From Enoplolaimus lenunculus (taxonomy: Eukaryota), in NCBI GenBank assembly GCA_030248215.1, contig JASANG010004046.1, forward strand, positions 248,001-312,000: a DNA stretch of 64,000 nt, read 5' to 3'. The position numbers and the translations under genes were made by a program. The notes beneath the pieces are model-generated. The model was not told the origin of the DNA. It ran no database searches and worked only from the letters and a program-made list of their open reading frames with translations. How positions within the stretch are numbered: the first letter of the stretch is position 1; each line of letters starts with the position of its first letter. This document shows, one piece after another, positions 35,501-55,321 of the stretch.

Positions 35501-35984
35501 ATTAAAAGCGATAAAATTGCGTTAAATATGAATTTTTGGGTTACAAGTATTTTTCTTTGCGGGTTCTGGCTCCGATTCCGGATTTTGTAATTCCGGTTGC
35601 ACCGTGATTTTTATAACTTGAACAGCATAGGTTGTTGGAATTACCCGAATCCCATATTTTCAGTGGCGGTATGTATATATGTTCACATAAACTGACTCAT
35701 AAAAACGAAACGGATACACAGCATTTTTATTTCAGCGATATATCATTTATACATTTCGTCTTAAGCAGTATTATAGTAGACAAGGTAAATGAGGTGATCA
35801 GTGCAAACTTGCCTAATGCTTTTTCTCTTCTGCTGAAAGCAACTCACTAATTTGCCACTAGTGATTGGCGAGATCCGGTATATTACTCTAAAATTATACA
35901 TCAAAATTGAATTTAAAATCTACCATACAGATCGAGATGTGCTTGAAATAAACGTTTAGTCCGGTTGGGACAGTTCAGCTGATT

Positions 35985-36158
35985 GGCCAATGTAGAGAAC
36001 AGGGGCGGAACAGTATTATAAGCATATGCCTAAGCCTAAGCATAAGCGTAAGAATGCATATTCCTAAGCCTAAGCCGCGCAAAAAATTTATCTAAAGCTC
36101 AAGCTTACTCTTTTCTAGTCCCACGAAAAACGTTCCGCCCCTGATCTTTACATGGGCC
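35985..36158. mobile_element. MITE with GGCC(A/C)ATGTA TIRs and an internal GCCTAA/TTAGGC telomere-like core
   Basis: GGCCAATGTAGAGAACAGGGGCGGAAC ... GTTCCGCCCCTGATCTTTACATGGGCC, with internal GCCTAAGCCTAAGC. Confidence 0.75.
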
Positions 36159-37903
36159 AGGTAATTCAACTACTACCCTAGTGGATAAATACATGCTATA
36201 ACTTCACAAAGACAACGCACAACCCATATCAATAAAAGCCCAAAACAATGAACGATCCCATGTTATCAGTAAATACAATAAGCGTTTTATACATGGAATT
36301 ATACTCGCACTTAGTAACACAGATAAAGACAACTTCCATACATTATATATACATTTAGGATTCAAGTAAATTGTTTTTTCAATAACATTGAAAAATGTTA
36401 AAATTGCGCTATAATTTTTGACGGTTTTAATGCTGTCCGATGTCGTCCAGCATCGTACACGATTCGCCACATGTCACGTCATACAAACCTACAAATGCAA
36501 TATTTTTGACTTTCGACACATACCACAACCAGAACAATTTCACATAAGCTTTTGCGTCAAGGCTTAAAATGGACCAATTTCATATTAACACTAATTTGCT
36601 AAGCAATGGCAAAAAGTTTTCATAAGCTTTTTTTGAAAATTCTGTGCAGCTGAAGGTTTCAAAATTGCCCCAAAACATTAAATTAATTGGCTGAAACGTT
36701 CAAATTGCCGCAGGATTTGGGAAAACTTCAGCCTGAGCCGTTATATTTTCTCAATTTGACAAAATATTAATTCTCTATATACACTCAAATAGAGCCTGAA
36801 TTACTTCCGCATCTATCCCACTACGCTGGTCACATGGGTCAGTCGTCCAAAGCATAATTTAACAATATATATGTCGTCAAATATTGCCGATTCGTAAAGG
36901 TGAATAGAATTCATAAAACCTAACAAACTTTTGCTTGTTGTAATTATAAAAAAATCAAAGTTCAAATCTTTCCATTGATCGGTATAATTACAAATAAATA
37001 CAAATTTGCCTGGTTTTGACGATTTTGAAGTCACCTCAACAGCGCATAAAGGACATCCAGATACCTTCGGCCATTTTACACCGATTCCTTTGAACTCAAA
37101 GCGCGAGAAAGACATTCGATGTGGAAGCAAATTGAAATTTCGACAAATTCTCGACTATATTCGTAGAATCAGTGCTACTCAATGTACCGTGTTGTTTTCT
37201 GAATACTACTGCGCAGCACGTGCTCTAACATTACTGCATGTATACAGTTGTTATTTCTAACGCTAGTCACATTTTAAATGAATGTCGAAAAAATACCTAT
37301 ATTTGCTCAAAAGTATATGAACTAAATAGATAATATTCACGTGGTTCAAACAATAATATACGTTATACGGTAATCGTGGTCACCACCCAACGGCAGGTAT
37401 GCGCAAAGAGAAACAGTACCCCCCGTATTCTGTAAACAATTACTTATCTACGAACGGTATATAAAGTAAAACTTTGAAAACTAACTTTCTTGACTGACTC
37501 CAACTTCCATTCAAATAAGGATGCTGGGTCGGGGCATCCACCCACCACCAATCCAGCTTGAGTAAAAATGTCGAAATCATAAAAACCAAAATCAAAAAGA
37601 TTTCGGTCTTTTAACCTGCTTGAACTAACGTTAAATAACTCGCCCCTCTGTCAGAAAATTTTAGATTCGTCATCGTCGACGTATAGCATATTTAAAACAC
37701 AACACCAGGTATGTAAATACGATAAATTTTGAATACAGATATTAATGTGTTTACATAATATGTACACGGAAACTCGCACGACAACATAAAAAGCATGTTT
37801 TACCTATTTAGACCATTTAAATACAATGGGTATACATATACTCATCCTTCATCTTAAATACAGACGTGAAGCTACGACAAAGAACAAAAGTTAAACCTAT
37901 CGG

Positions 37904-38198
37904 CAAGGGCGGATCCAGGGGGTGGGGAGGTAGGGGTATGCTTCCCCCACCGACTGCCGAGATAACTATTTTTCAGGGTTAAATTCAACCTTAAACCTGA
38001 GTTTAAACCTAAATTTCTGAATAGACTAAGCTTTTGGTAAATTGGGATATTTCCCGAGAAAATAGGATTATGGGTAATTGGGATATTACTCAGGAAATTG
38101 GGAGGGACCTGTTTTTTACATGGGCCACTGTGAATGTGAGTTGCGCCAAAACTTTCCACTTGTGCATCCCCCACTAGAAATTTCTGGATTCGCCACTG
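37904..38198. mobile_element. hAT-like MITE (CA.GGGCGGATCCAG / CTGGATTCGCCACTG)
   Basis: TIR pair with a decayed 8-bp TSD, CCTATCGG / TCTATCGA. Confidence 0.7.
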
Positions 38199-39644
38199 TC
38201 TATCGACCGCGAACTGATAACAGGTGCTACAGCCATTTGAGTAAACGGTCCGCCATTTCAAATTAATGAGTTTGTGCTCCGCTTAATATTGATTGGAATA
38301 ATAACGTATATAAATGTTGGAGCATACGTCTGTTGCCATCCACTGCTTCAAATACTGGAACAGCACATGCATTTTCGCTTAGCCACAAAATATATATGCT
38401 AACGCTAAGTACCTAAATCACTTAAAACACTACCAAGCAAAAAGTACAACGTCTCATATCAGGCATGTATTACTACCTTAGAGCGAAACCAAAAAAGCTT
38501 GACTACACCACAACTCCCAGTTCACACAATCGATTTAAATTTCAGGACGGACTGAAAAAATAATGAAAAACAATTTAACAATCACTTCATTGCAATACTA
38601 CTATGTATGTATATTATGTAATACAAACGTTTCGTAAACGCAGCAAAACGCAATTACTGCAAACAGTGCAACATCATAAACCAAACACGGAGTTATTAAC
38701 CACTGATACAGAAAACAGAAAAATACTCCTTTTGTTTTTTATGAAACCTCAATACTTACTATTGTTAGTATTCAGTTACATAAATGAAACGCGTTATAAA
38801 ACGCGCTACGAGAAACTAAATTTGCTAAAAAATAATGGTTTTTAAGAATTCCAATACATAAAACTAATACTATTTTTAATCGAAAATTGATTTAACAACT
38901 CACAAAGCTGTCATGGTGTGACCGTAAATCTAAAACTATCGAGGAACAATATCTGGTTAAACAATGCAGACTACATGCAACGTCAAATACAACTTACTTT
39001 ACTACAACTTTTTTATAATACACCTAATAACCTTCGTTCCCGCTGTACATTATGCTATAAGCTAAGGATAAGAACTTTGACAGGTACTCCTTCATAAAAA
39101 CCCTCCGCGCTTCCCCCGTTCAAAACAACCGATGATAACCACCACCAAAAATTTTCGCTCTCTCGGGCTACATTGTGCACTCAACCTGCTGTATTTGATC
39201 GTAAGTAAACCAAAGATTTACTTACGATAAAACCAACTGATCTTTCCAAATTTTCTCGAATCTCTAAATTGGATTATGAAAAGACCTATATACTACTCCG
39301 CAACTAAAATCTACCACAACTTCACTATAATTGTATAGAAATATTAATCAGAGATTAAAGTGCTAAATATTTACGAAAATAGGTTAATCGCGAAACCTCA
39401 TGCGCTGACTTCGCAAATGTATACAACTGGCTATTATAGTTGTCAAAATATGCATTTAAAACCATATTCTCAAATGTATCGTGTCCTAAACACCTATTTG
39501 TCTCTGTTAGCAAATGGGCAGTTACAAAAATCAAAACAAAACCAAACATTACTGCTTACATTTGAAATTGCACTCAATTCGGTTCTTGACTGTGAAATAT
39601 TAATTGAAAGTTTTAAAAACACAAATTTTATTACTACTTGTTAT

Positions 39645-45472
<5,828 letters not shown>

Positions 45473-46035
45473 ACTAAAGCAGTGGCATAGGACGACATGC
45501 AAAATTAAGAATTCGAAAACAGAGCTCGCTGGTTACAACTTGCAATTATATTTAAACAATACGCATTTAGAATGTTAAGTGTGATGCTACAAAAACTGGA
45601 ACAAAATGCCTGGTATATTCTTGTACATCGATATTCTCGGGTATACAGGTATCTAAGGTAGCTAACTCCTTTTTGTAGTGCCGTAGACTGCACAAGCACA
45701 ACGGAGCATGCTCAGAAGTATATATGTATTTAAAAGATTTATACATGCATAACTTTCATCGACTTAGGATTGCAAAATGGTCCTAGCAGCCAAAAACTGT
45801 TCAAAGTTTCCGAATAGGTTTCCATTCCATACATACGTAGCAGAGTGTAGCCTGATACAATATTAAGACGGCACGGCCAGGGCAAGTACTAAATAGCCAA
45901 ATGTCAAACGGCAAGTGCATATCAAAATATAAACAAATTCTATTTCGTTATAAAAAATGAAACGAGACAGATTAAAAATGTCGATTTCACATAAAAAATT
46001 GCACACTAAAATAATCTAATAAACAGGACAGGCGT

Positions 46036-46530
46036 AAAAAGTCAATAAATAATACACATTGTATTGCATTGTAGCTACGCAGTACACACGAAGTACACTT
46101 GTAAACAATGCATATAATAGCTAACACAAGTATTTGAAACAGCGCCGCGATAACACAATTGATAACAAAAGGGCCCGTTTAGCAAAAGGTCGCTTGCACG
46201 GATCCAGCCGTATTCGACTGTTCGACTACTTCGCACTAACATAGCAATAACACTTATATTGCGCTAAGAACCGTATATACAACCCGTAAGGTTGTGTGGT
46301 CTTAAGAGCAATGTATGTATGTGTTACATTAGTGCGAAGTAGTTGAAACAATTGACCACGGCTGGATCCGAAAAAGCAACCTTTGGCTAACCGGGCGAAC
46401 GCTCTTACCAACTGACCTACGCGGCACTGCTTCAACTACTTGTGCTAGCTATTATATGCGTCGTTTACTACTGTACTATGCTGTGTACTGCGTAGTTACT
46501 ATTCAATGTGTATTACTTTTTGACTTTTTT
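46036..46530. repeat. ~500-bp imperfect palindrome (foldback element) upstream of GOLPH3
   Basis: The arms pair through AAAAAGTCAA, AATACACATTG, CTACGCAGTACAC, GCATATAATAGCTA.CACAAGTA, CGGATCCAGCCGT and CTACTTCGCACTAA to a centre at CAACCCGTAAGGTTG (~46285). Confidence 0.85.
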
Positions 46531-48959
46531 ATGTGTGGGTGCTATGTATTAAGGTATTCCATCATGCAATGCCCGACACAACCGTATAAAGATTATTGAC
46601 ACCTAAGTAGGTTTACGCCACATTTTAAAAAAAATCCAGTTGTCAATGTTTTGTCAAATCTTTAAACCGCACATAAACCTTAAAAATAATGGACACAAAT
46701 TACCTTCATCTTGGTTATTTATACTTACAATACAAATATTTCAGCGTCGCAAAGCAACCTATATATCCAATATTTCCAAATATATAATAGCTATGTAAAA
46801 ACCTCACAAATTACAACTTGATTCTTTTAAAAATTCGAAAAATTGTCTGATCTGCGGAAATGCAATTTAAACTGACCTCTGACTGAAATCAATTTTTACA
46901 TAGGTCCATAACCGACTTATACTTGAAAATGGAAAGTTGCTGCAAATGTGCATTCCCTAGTCGAGCAATTTATATTAGGGACTGTATCGAGATGAAAAAA
47001 CTTTAGCGCACCATCTGATAATTTTCGTAAGCTCTTAGAACAAAGCTCTATACCGTGAGAAATTGCCGCAATATTTAACATAAAAAGAGTGGAAACGTCC
47101 TCTTCAAGCAGTATGTGGGATTTGCACAAATTTGGGTTAAAAGCTGTTGTAGGATTGTATTACCGCCGTCGATGTAAGCGTTTACGTCGATGGATACCGC
47201 GGGACAGGGTACAACCGAAAGTGTGCGTTGGGGTCCTGCAGAAAAACACCCTCCGTCGCTAGCTTCAGCTCACGCTTCGTTGAAATTTTTCTATTTTTTA
47301 TAAAAAATTTATCCGTTTGGTGAGTTCTTTTGTAAAATTAGGGCAGTTGTGAAAATGTACAGCCCGACATTTCATAACAACGAAATGTGAAGCCAAACTT
47401 TGACAACGTTTCGCAAGCTAATCCGTAAACGTAGCAAGTTCAGAACAGTATTTTTGCCAAATTTTGTTTTACCTCAAACTCAGGCTCCGATAAGATTTGT
47501 TGACCTCAGGAATCCGCCCCTGCTGAAAGTACTCACTACTACAGCAAGTAATCCGATATTGTAAACTAGCGTGTCTTCGACTGCCACCGTTACGTCAGCA
47601 TATCCGAACCTTGGAATATATACGGAAAATAGAGTACGAGCGAGTGTCCAGCACTCTGACACACCATTTCGAATGCCACGAGATGACGAGGTATTTTTGC
47701 CCAAACGAAATATACAACTTGTACGATTAGTAATCAGTTGTTGATTAAGATTGCTGAATTATTTCATGGAATCATTTTGAATAAACTTAATTAAGAGGTC
47801 ACGATATATACTGTGTTGCGCGCTGCACTGAAATCGAAAAAAACACGACGCTCTTTATCTCTTCTTGAAACACAATCTCTATATCGAATACAAAAGCAAC
47901 TGTTTGGTCCATTGGACAACGACTTTTCCGAAAACCAGCCTGCATCTCAAGGAAGAACTGACTTCACGCAAGGAAGGAATGATTCGTTGTAGGATAAGCG
48001 GTTCTAGACATTTGAACAGAATACACAGTAGTGATGTTGGCATGTATTGAATTGCACTGTCAGCAGATTTGCCATGGTTTCAGATAGCGACAACATCAGA
48101 TTTGTGCCGTACGTATTAATACGAAGAAAGCGTCATGGTGATTCATGAACTTTATTCGTAGCATTTCTGCAGCTCACAGAGGACTCTGGCGCAATGCAGT
48201 CTAATTGAACGATTTTAACGAAGTTCATTAGTGGAAAAGCAACATCTAATTCAGCAGGGCAAAAATCAACAGAAAGAATACCTGAACGGGCTACCAAAAC
48301 CGTCGTATACATAAAAACAACATTCTTTACAATTTACATCTTTATACTTTCCTAATGACCATTTTGAATTTGAGGATTAGTGAACTGCAAGTGTTTATGC
48401 AACAAAACTATGATAAGGAAACTTAATAAAAAGAACGTAAACCCCAAATTTCGGATATCCGAATACGAAGAAATGTTAAACACTAGTCGGCATTACTTGT
48501 TTCAAGAGAATTCTAAATTGTGTTGTGCAGTCTGGCTGACATCGTTTTTGTTCCTGTACTAAAATTCACTGTCCGGCTCTGGTTTTGGTGTCCCGTATTC
48601 CAAATAGAACGTTTTTAAACTGCTCGGTAAGGATAAAATATATCAACAGCATCAAAAGAATTCTCCGTTATGAATACTATCACCCAAACTGCAGAAATCG
48701 TTTTGGAACGTCTAGTACTATCAATTCCTGGTTCCAGAGCTTTGCATTTGGTATATTTAGTACAACGCGTCATTTTTAATAAATTTAAATGTACTTTTGG
48801 TTAAAACGAGTAATGATAAATTCTTGAAAAAAATTTTATCTTATTTTCTGTCAATACAGTACGGTAGAACTATATTTAAACAACTTAGACACCACTGCTA
48901 GTGTCCTTCCCATCCGATATAGAGTGACCATTGCAAACCAATTAATTTTAGCTGTTTAA

Positions 48960-49221
48960 CCCTTTCTCACATGAATATTTTCTGTTTTCCCTGAGACCTA
49001 GTTTATATGCTAGGATTCGAACTCCAGTGACTGGAGTGGGAGGCGTATACCATCACCACTCAGCTATAAGAGCTTGACGCTCGAGCCCGAGGGGGCTCTC
49101 ACGTCTTGTGGTGATTTAGTCTTATGTATACGTGTTGCTATTGTTAAACACGGTGCTATATATTATTTAACGTATATACACGGCGCTAAGTTGCCTATAG
49201 GCAACTCAATGTGAGAAAGGG
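48960..49221 (-). mobile_element. piggyBac-like MITE copy 4
   Basis: TTAA|CCCTTTCTCACATG ... ATGTGAGAAAGGG|TTAT. The downstream flank (..GAAAATTTTTCGCTTAA) resembles the reverse complement of the flank of copies 1 and 2. Confidence 0.85.
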
Positions 49222-50199
49222 TTATAAATAGTGGTGAAAATTTTTCGCTTAAACTAGTCGGTTTCAAACCTATCACACAGGTAAAGGTGTTTTACAAGCA
49301 AGCGTAGCGACTGATAAAATTTTTTGTATTAATTTTTATACATACTATCTATAGTCATTCCGTAGATTTCTACGTCATATCTTCCTGTATCTCTTTGTAT
49401 GTGTTCCAGCCTTGCTAAACTTCAATCCTTTCAGTTGTTTATGCCTAACACACGCACACACAACATTAAAAATTTTAAACCCCCAAAAACCACATCGCCA
49501 TTTCTGTGGGCGGGCCTGTCGCTACAACTTAACACTTGCCGCAGTGGCAACTCTTTAACACTACCCACCGCACTGTAAATAAAACGACAGAATGAAAGCT
49601 CGGCGCTATTAAACTTGGCCCACACAAAGTTTGGTCAGTGGTTGCAAATACGATAAATCCAGCATGTCCCCTAAAACTTACTTGGTCTGTTATGCACGTT
49701 ACGACATTTAGTCAACTGACGTTTAAGGGAGAATGAAAAACGAAAGTAAAAAGTAGGCAATAATTAATATTGAACTTAATACTTTCCAATGTTAAAGTAT
49801 ATAATCCATGAGGTGTTGTCAAACGTTTTTTGTTGTAGCTTCCGTTGTCCGGAAAAACCTTAACATATGTTAGGTTTGGATTGACATTAAGTAACCTTCT
49901 CCCTCAAAGCTTCGCGCCACCCGCGGGTTCCTGCGGGTAACGCAGTTACGGGTAAGAAAATGTTCAAGCGGTATACCCGCGGATAAAAAATGTTGGCCAG
50001 AAATTAAAAGCGCGGGTAAAAATTTGTGAACGTGCCTAAAATTTTCATAAAAATAACAAATAGCGGTTTAAAGTGCATATTTAGCTAGTATCCCTCACAA
50101 ATTAAGCAGGTTGCTAATATTTAGGGTTGTTGCTGCATTAGGCCCATGCACGCGAAAATACATTTCACATTAACATTTCAACAGAAAATTTGAAAGTTC

Positions 50200-50305
50200 G
50201 GGCTCGAGTGTCAAGCTCCTATAGCTAAGTGGTCAAACGCCTCCCACCCGTTAGACTGGGGATCGAATATTACCTTAAAATTATGAAAATATCATGTGAG
50301 AAATA
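50200..50305 (+). mobile_element. Diverged partial copy of the tRNA-cassette MITE
   Basis: GGGCTCGAGTGTCAAGCTCCTATAGCTAAGTGG..ACGCCTCCCAC..GGGGATCGAAT..GAAAATATCATGTGAGAAA. Further fragments lie at ~50-90 and ~54150-54220. Confidence 0.6.
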
Positions 50306-53300
50306 AACATTTATACAAACAAAGTTGATGAACGAGACAACTTTTTAAAAATTGAACTGCGAAATTTCAATGCACGCGTAAAATTTTGGTCTCCTTCAGA
50401 TATATATTTATATATTATACATATACGGAATATACCCATTTGTACACAATATTGTGATGGTAAACCAATATACACCAAAGGATTTTTAACTGCAGCTTAA
50501 AAACTTTTTAAAGTTTTTCTAGCTGAAACAGATAACAAAATCCGACATATCAGAGAGACCGAGTATTACGAGTTAAATGTAATATATGTCTGTACCAAAG
50601 ACTCCATGACAACAACAAAACAATATTTTGTAATAGGTTTTGGAGTGCTCTCACGAAAACTTCATTTACCATTTGTAGATTAAGTAAACTCAAAACACTA
50701 GAGAGGTAAATGGTAAAAACTGATGTGTGTTCTACTCTTGTATTTATTGGCTTTTGAAAGTCTCCCAAAATGATATAACTTTTCATCATTTATCGTTAAG
50801 CTTGTTGCTATACCATATTATATGTTGATTTTCATTTTAGGCAGATATCAGTTAGTTGTGATATTGAATTTTGCTGAGCTTTATACAACACTGATTCAGT
50901 GGTATATTATTTTTGTAGTTTGACAGATTTACGCGGGGGTGGCGGAACCGGGAAGAAACGGGCGATGGCGTCTCGGCATTTTAAAAAATATCACTTTGTC
51001 CCCATGTTTTTATAAATCTCCATTATATATACAATAAAAAGTAAATCTAATCAGACCAATATCATCATAACAATTTTATACAAATTAAGTATGTAAGTTG
51101 GAGCTCATATCCCTGGCCAGAATTTCTTAATTCAAGTTTCGCCTTACAAAATTTGCATGCCACATGTATTGGCTTTCAAATCCTTGATCTCAAGTGATCC
51201 ATTGAATTTGACTCAGTTTGTGCAGTCAGGAAAAGCCTATTTCAAATTTCAAATTTTAGCATCATACTCATGCCATCGTACAAGACATGCTAGTATACCA
51301 CTACTCTGCAGACAATTTCACACATGTCATATGATATGAACAGACAAGATTTCGAATATCATATGATATTGCAGTACCTACAGTGAATGTCACATAGGAT
51401 AGCAGAAAATTCAGATATTTTAGATTTGATGGCGGATTTGACGTGCAAACAATATGTTACACGCTATGTAATGGAGACAAAACGTGTTCCAGGTTGCCTC
51501 AGTGATAACGTGAACCCCGCATGCGTCCGTCTGATCCGGAGTAGCTATAGAAGCAAAATGGAACATTTGAACAACCCGTTTAGGAAAAAGAGTGTTTTGT
51601 ACCCGCTGTTTTAGAGCGCACTTTTGCAAAAGCAAGTGAATCAAATTAAGTGCTTATTCCTTATTTCAAACTATAATCTAACTGCTCGCTCGCCAATCCG
51701 GATTCAGCCCGGGTGCAAGATTTTTGCCCAACGCACGCATTTACCGCGAGTACACTCATGCTAAAAACAGTGCCTTCAACCTGCCTTTTAGCTGACTACG
51801 TTTGTCTGTCCAGAATTGCAGTATATGTTTGGCTTTTTTCGCGAGTGAATTCTGTTGATCGCATAGTTTGAATAATCTAGTATTTTACAGTATTCGGTTC
51901 CGATGCAAAATGCGCAATTTTCGCTTTTGGTTTCGGTACCTAATTCGCAATCCCGCCTCAGCGATGTCGTGTTTAGATGGTTGTACGCTTCGGTTTCGAT
52001 TTGCATATGCATGAAAGTAAATTGTTAAGGTACACCTTATTATTACTGTTACAATACTTAAAAATATCTGGCGTACTCCGGTTTTGCAGTGTTTAAGTTC
52101 GGTGAAGTATTAGAGTTGGACGCGGTTTCTAGTCAAGCATTGTCGTTATATATAGTGGTGACTAAGGCAGTGCACGCCACTGCGGAAACAGGATTTTGTA
52201 ATTAGCATTTAAAAAATCACTAATACAATAGGTACAACAGAGAGAAGATTTTAACTATTCTATTATGATGCGTGATATACGCGTTATTTTTCAGGGTGTA
52301 CATGTATCTCAAAGCGTGCTGCCACTGTTTTTTAAAATGTGATGTACAGTCAGTACATTTCAATGATTTTATGATATGAATTTTAGACTTCCATTTTAGG
52401 CTGAGACATCCGATTTCGTGTTTTACAATTTTCACTTGTGAAATTGTAGCGATAAGTCAGAGCGACCTCTGATCAGGTGCATTTTAGATTTTGGTTGTAT
52501 TTGGTTTGTGCTGTAATTTTTTGAAATTACCAAATTTGAAGCGGAATGGCGTTATAGATTTCAATAATTCGTACGACTCCGTTGATGTTAGCATTGAATC
52601 AGTTTCGACCTCGATGAAGCAATGTTTGAATGCACATTCGTTTGTTCAGTTGAACAAGTGTGTACGGACCAACAAGTAAAGTTCCTCTTTGCCACATATT
52701 TCTATTTTGTGGTTTTTGAGACCGCATGGAAGCCGTCTGTTTTGAAAGAAGTAAAATTTTTAGGGTGCATATTTTACAATGTGTTTTGTTTAAATATTTC
52801 TGTCTAATGACACTATTTTGACTTCGGGTTTAGCTACCTTCAACGGAAATTTGTTGCAAAATTTATTGAAAAAAATGGATTGCAGAGTTTAGGTTCGGAA
52901 AAAAAGTCCCTCAACTGTTAGCACCGTCATCTCCGCGGAAAATACCAATCTTACTTTTGACGTAGTTGTGTGACACGGGAAGCCGAATTTGCATGTGTCA
53001 GTATTTGGCAACACAACACGCATGATGCACAATGTTAATGTAATGATCCGTTGCGTTTTTTACTAAGGCCGTCCTCGTTACGGGAAAGTAGCGGAACCGT
53101 GGAACGCAGAATTTGCATATTTTTTTAAAAAATGTAAACAACTCAACAATCAAAATATTTGACGGTGTAAAGTTAAAAGAATTACTCAATTTCACCACCG
53201 ACTTCACATAGATAAGAAAACAGGCCTAAAACACAACTGGCGCTTTGATCGATCCTTTGTAGTTTTACACGGAATGTACTCGGTCGCGTACTCTTCTTTA

Positions 53301-53635
53301 AATATACAATGTCCACTCTTGATATCATGGATACACACGTTCCAATGGCAAGTGGCATCAACAGGCAAATCGACAGAATATATTGCATATTTGCACGTTC
53401 TTAGCATTCAGCAGCAAACTATTTTTATTTCCGGCATTTTAGCCTCTAGGCTTGCGTAAAAACCTGGTTGATATAGTTAAACACACTTAGACTTGTGTTC
53501 TTAAATTTGATTAAAGTAACCAACGGATCAAAATATTGGGTACCTATGCATGCCATACTATTCTAGCAAGTAATGTTCAGTGTTCATGAGTCAAATTGAT
53601 TTTAAATGGATTGGGATGTGCGTGCTCCGTCTTAC

Positions 53636-53843
53636 CAAAAGTGGATGATCACGCGTTGCGTTTTTGGCCTACCCCCCTCATTTGGGGGGTGTTGAAACCT
53701 TGAACGCAGGCAAATGCTGTTGCGATGCACAGTGCAAACCTGGTCCGGTTATATTCTTGAATTAAGTTTAGCTGAGTTCTGTGTGCAGTTGACCCCCTAA
53801 ATAAGGGGGTATGGGCCAAAACGCAACGCGCGGTGGTACTTTT
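53636..53843. mobile_element. Palindromic MITE
   Basis: CGCGTTGCGTTTTTGGCCTACCCCCCTCATTTGGGGGGT is inverted as ACCCCCTAAATAAGGGGGTATGGGCCAAAACGCAACGCG. Confidence 0.75.
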
Positions 53844-55143
53844 TATGCCACGCGTATTTTTGGAAGTTGCACACTCTTATTATCGACTCTTGGTCTCACT
53901 GACCTTTTCAGGGGCTGCTTGTATATATTAACTGCTTATATTATGGACATTTCCAGTTTACGCGAATCACATTTGCGATTTTTACAAGTTTCTAAATAAT
54001 GTTTCATTTCAAATAATCCAGTGTATTCGGTGAAAAATCCTAATGATATTATGATTCCACAGTTGAACAGTATTCGATGCGGTGTTCATTGCTCTATTCG
54101 GTATATTTTTAGTGCTTTGTTGACTATCCAATAAGCCTAAGTCCAAGATTTTCGAGTTCGAATTCTAGCTTGATATAAGGCCTCAGATGAAATAGAAAAT
54201 ATTCCTGCAGGGAAGGGCTGTAAGTTTGATGCCCGTATTGCCTCAAACGCGTATTGCGTTGATTATGAATTTGTGATTGGCAATCGTACTTCTGAACATA
54301 ATGATGGTCTTGAAGTTTAATAAGCTTTTCACATTGAATTAATACCGGCTACTACATAAAATTTCAGAGCCACAGCTTAAAACATCCGATTGTTTGAGGG
54401 CTGACATATCGGTAAAGTGCCATACGCGGGCGTCTCTCAAGTGCTAACTGTAAAGCTTTAGGAAAGAGTAATCGATGTCCACTTTTAACCGATCGTTGTT
54501 CAGGAAAGCATATTTGCTGAATTTTGGAAATTGAAAATTTTGCTTTTTAAAATCCGGATATGACGTAAAATATAAATAGAACAATGGTGGTCGCTCTAAA
54601 CTAATTTTCGGAAGTAACCTTCGGAACATTTTTCTTATAAGTAAAAATCTGAGCAAAACTAAGTTTAGTGTGTCAGTTCGTCATCAATAACTGTGGTTGA
54701 ATATGCAAAATAGCTATAGAAGCCTTATTCATATTGTGTGTAGCACCTATTGCCAGTTGTTAATGAGTTGCAAAAAAGCGAACCACATCAGCTGAGCATT
54801 TAAAGATTAATCTACTAACAGGACAAACCAAGTGCATATGTTCGGAATTTGAATGCCAACTATGCACTGGTTCGAAAATTCTTAAAGCTATCATCAAATT
54901 GTGTTTAGCACAGATCCATAATTGTTAATACGGTTGTAGACAAGTGAACCCTGACAGCTGTGAATGTCTAAATTGAGATTCTTGCATGACAATCCAAGTG
55001 CAAAATACTTGCAAACTTTGAACGCGAACAACGCACTGGTTTGAAAGTTTCATGACCTATTACCAAGTGGTGAAAGAAATTGCGCACATGAGAGAATATA
55101 GGCATAGATCTAGATTTAGTATTAGACTCGTTACACTAATGCT

Positions 55144-55321
55144 GCCAACGTAAAGGCCAGGAGCGGAACGTTTTTTGTGCGGGACTGCAATTTAGCTAAT
55201 ACAAGCTTCAGACTATAATTTTTGCTTAGGCTTCGGTATGAGCTGATTCTTATGCTTAGCTTTAGGCTTAGACTTAAGAACATGTTTATACTGTTGTTAC
55301 GGTTCTGTTCTTTACATTGGC
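55144..55321. mobile_element. Same telomere-repeat MITE family, diverged copy
   Basis: GCCAACGTAAAGGCCAGGAGCGGAACG ... GCTTAGGC/TTTAGGCTTAGAC ... TTCTTTACATTGGC. Confidence 0.65.

Larger units (their letters stand above)
34510..35606. mobile_element. hAT-like MITE with a perfect 8-bp TSD (ATTTTTAT), host of three nested insertions
   Basis: ATTTTTAT|CAGGGCACAACCGGAATT ... AATTCCGGTTGCACCGTG|ATTTTTAT. Confidence 0.8.

Noticed and set aside
47480..48300. Possible coding exons upstream of GOLPH3
   Set aside because: The frames are short, with no recognisable motif and no consistent splice chain that I could build.
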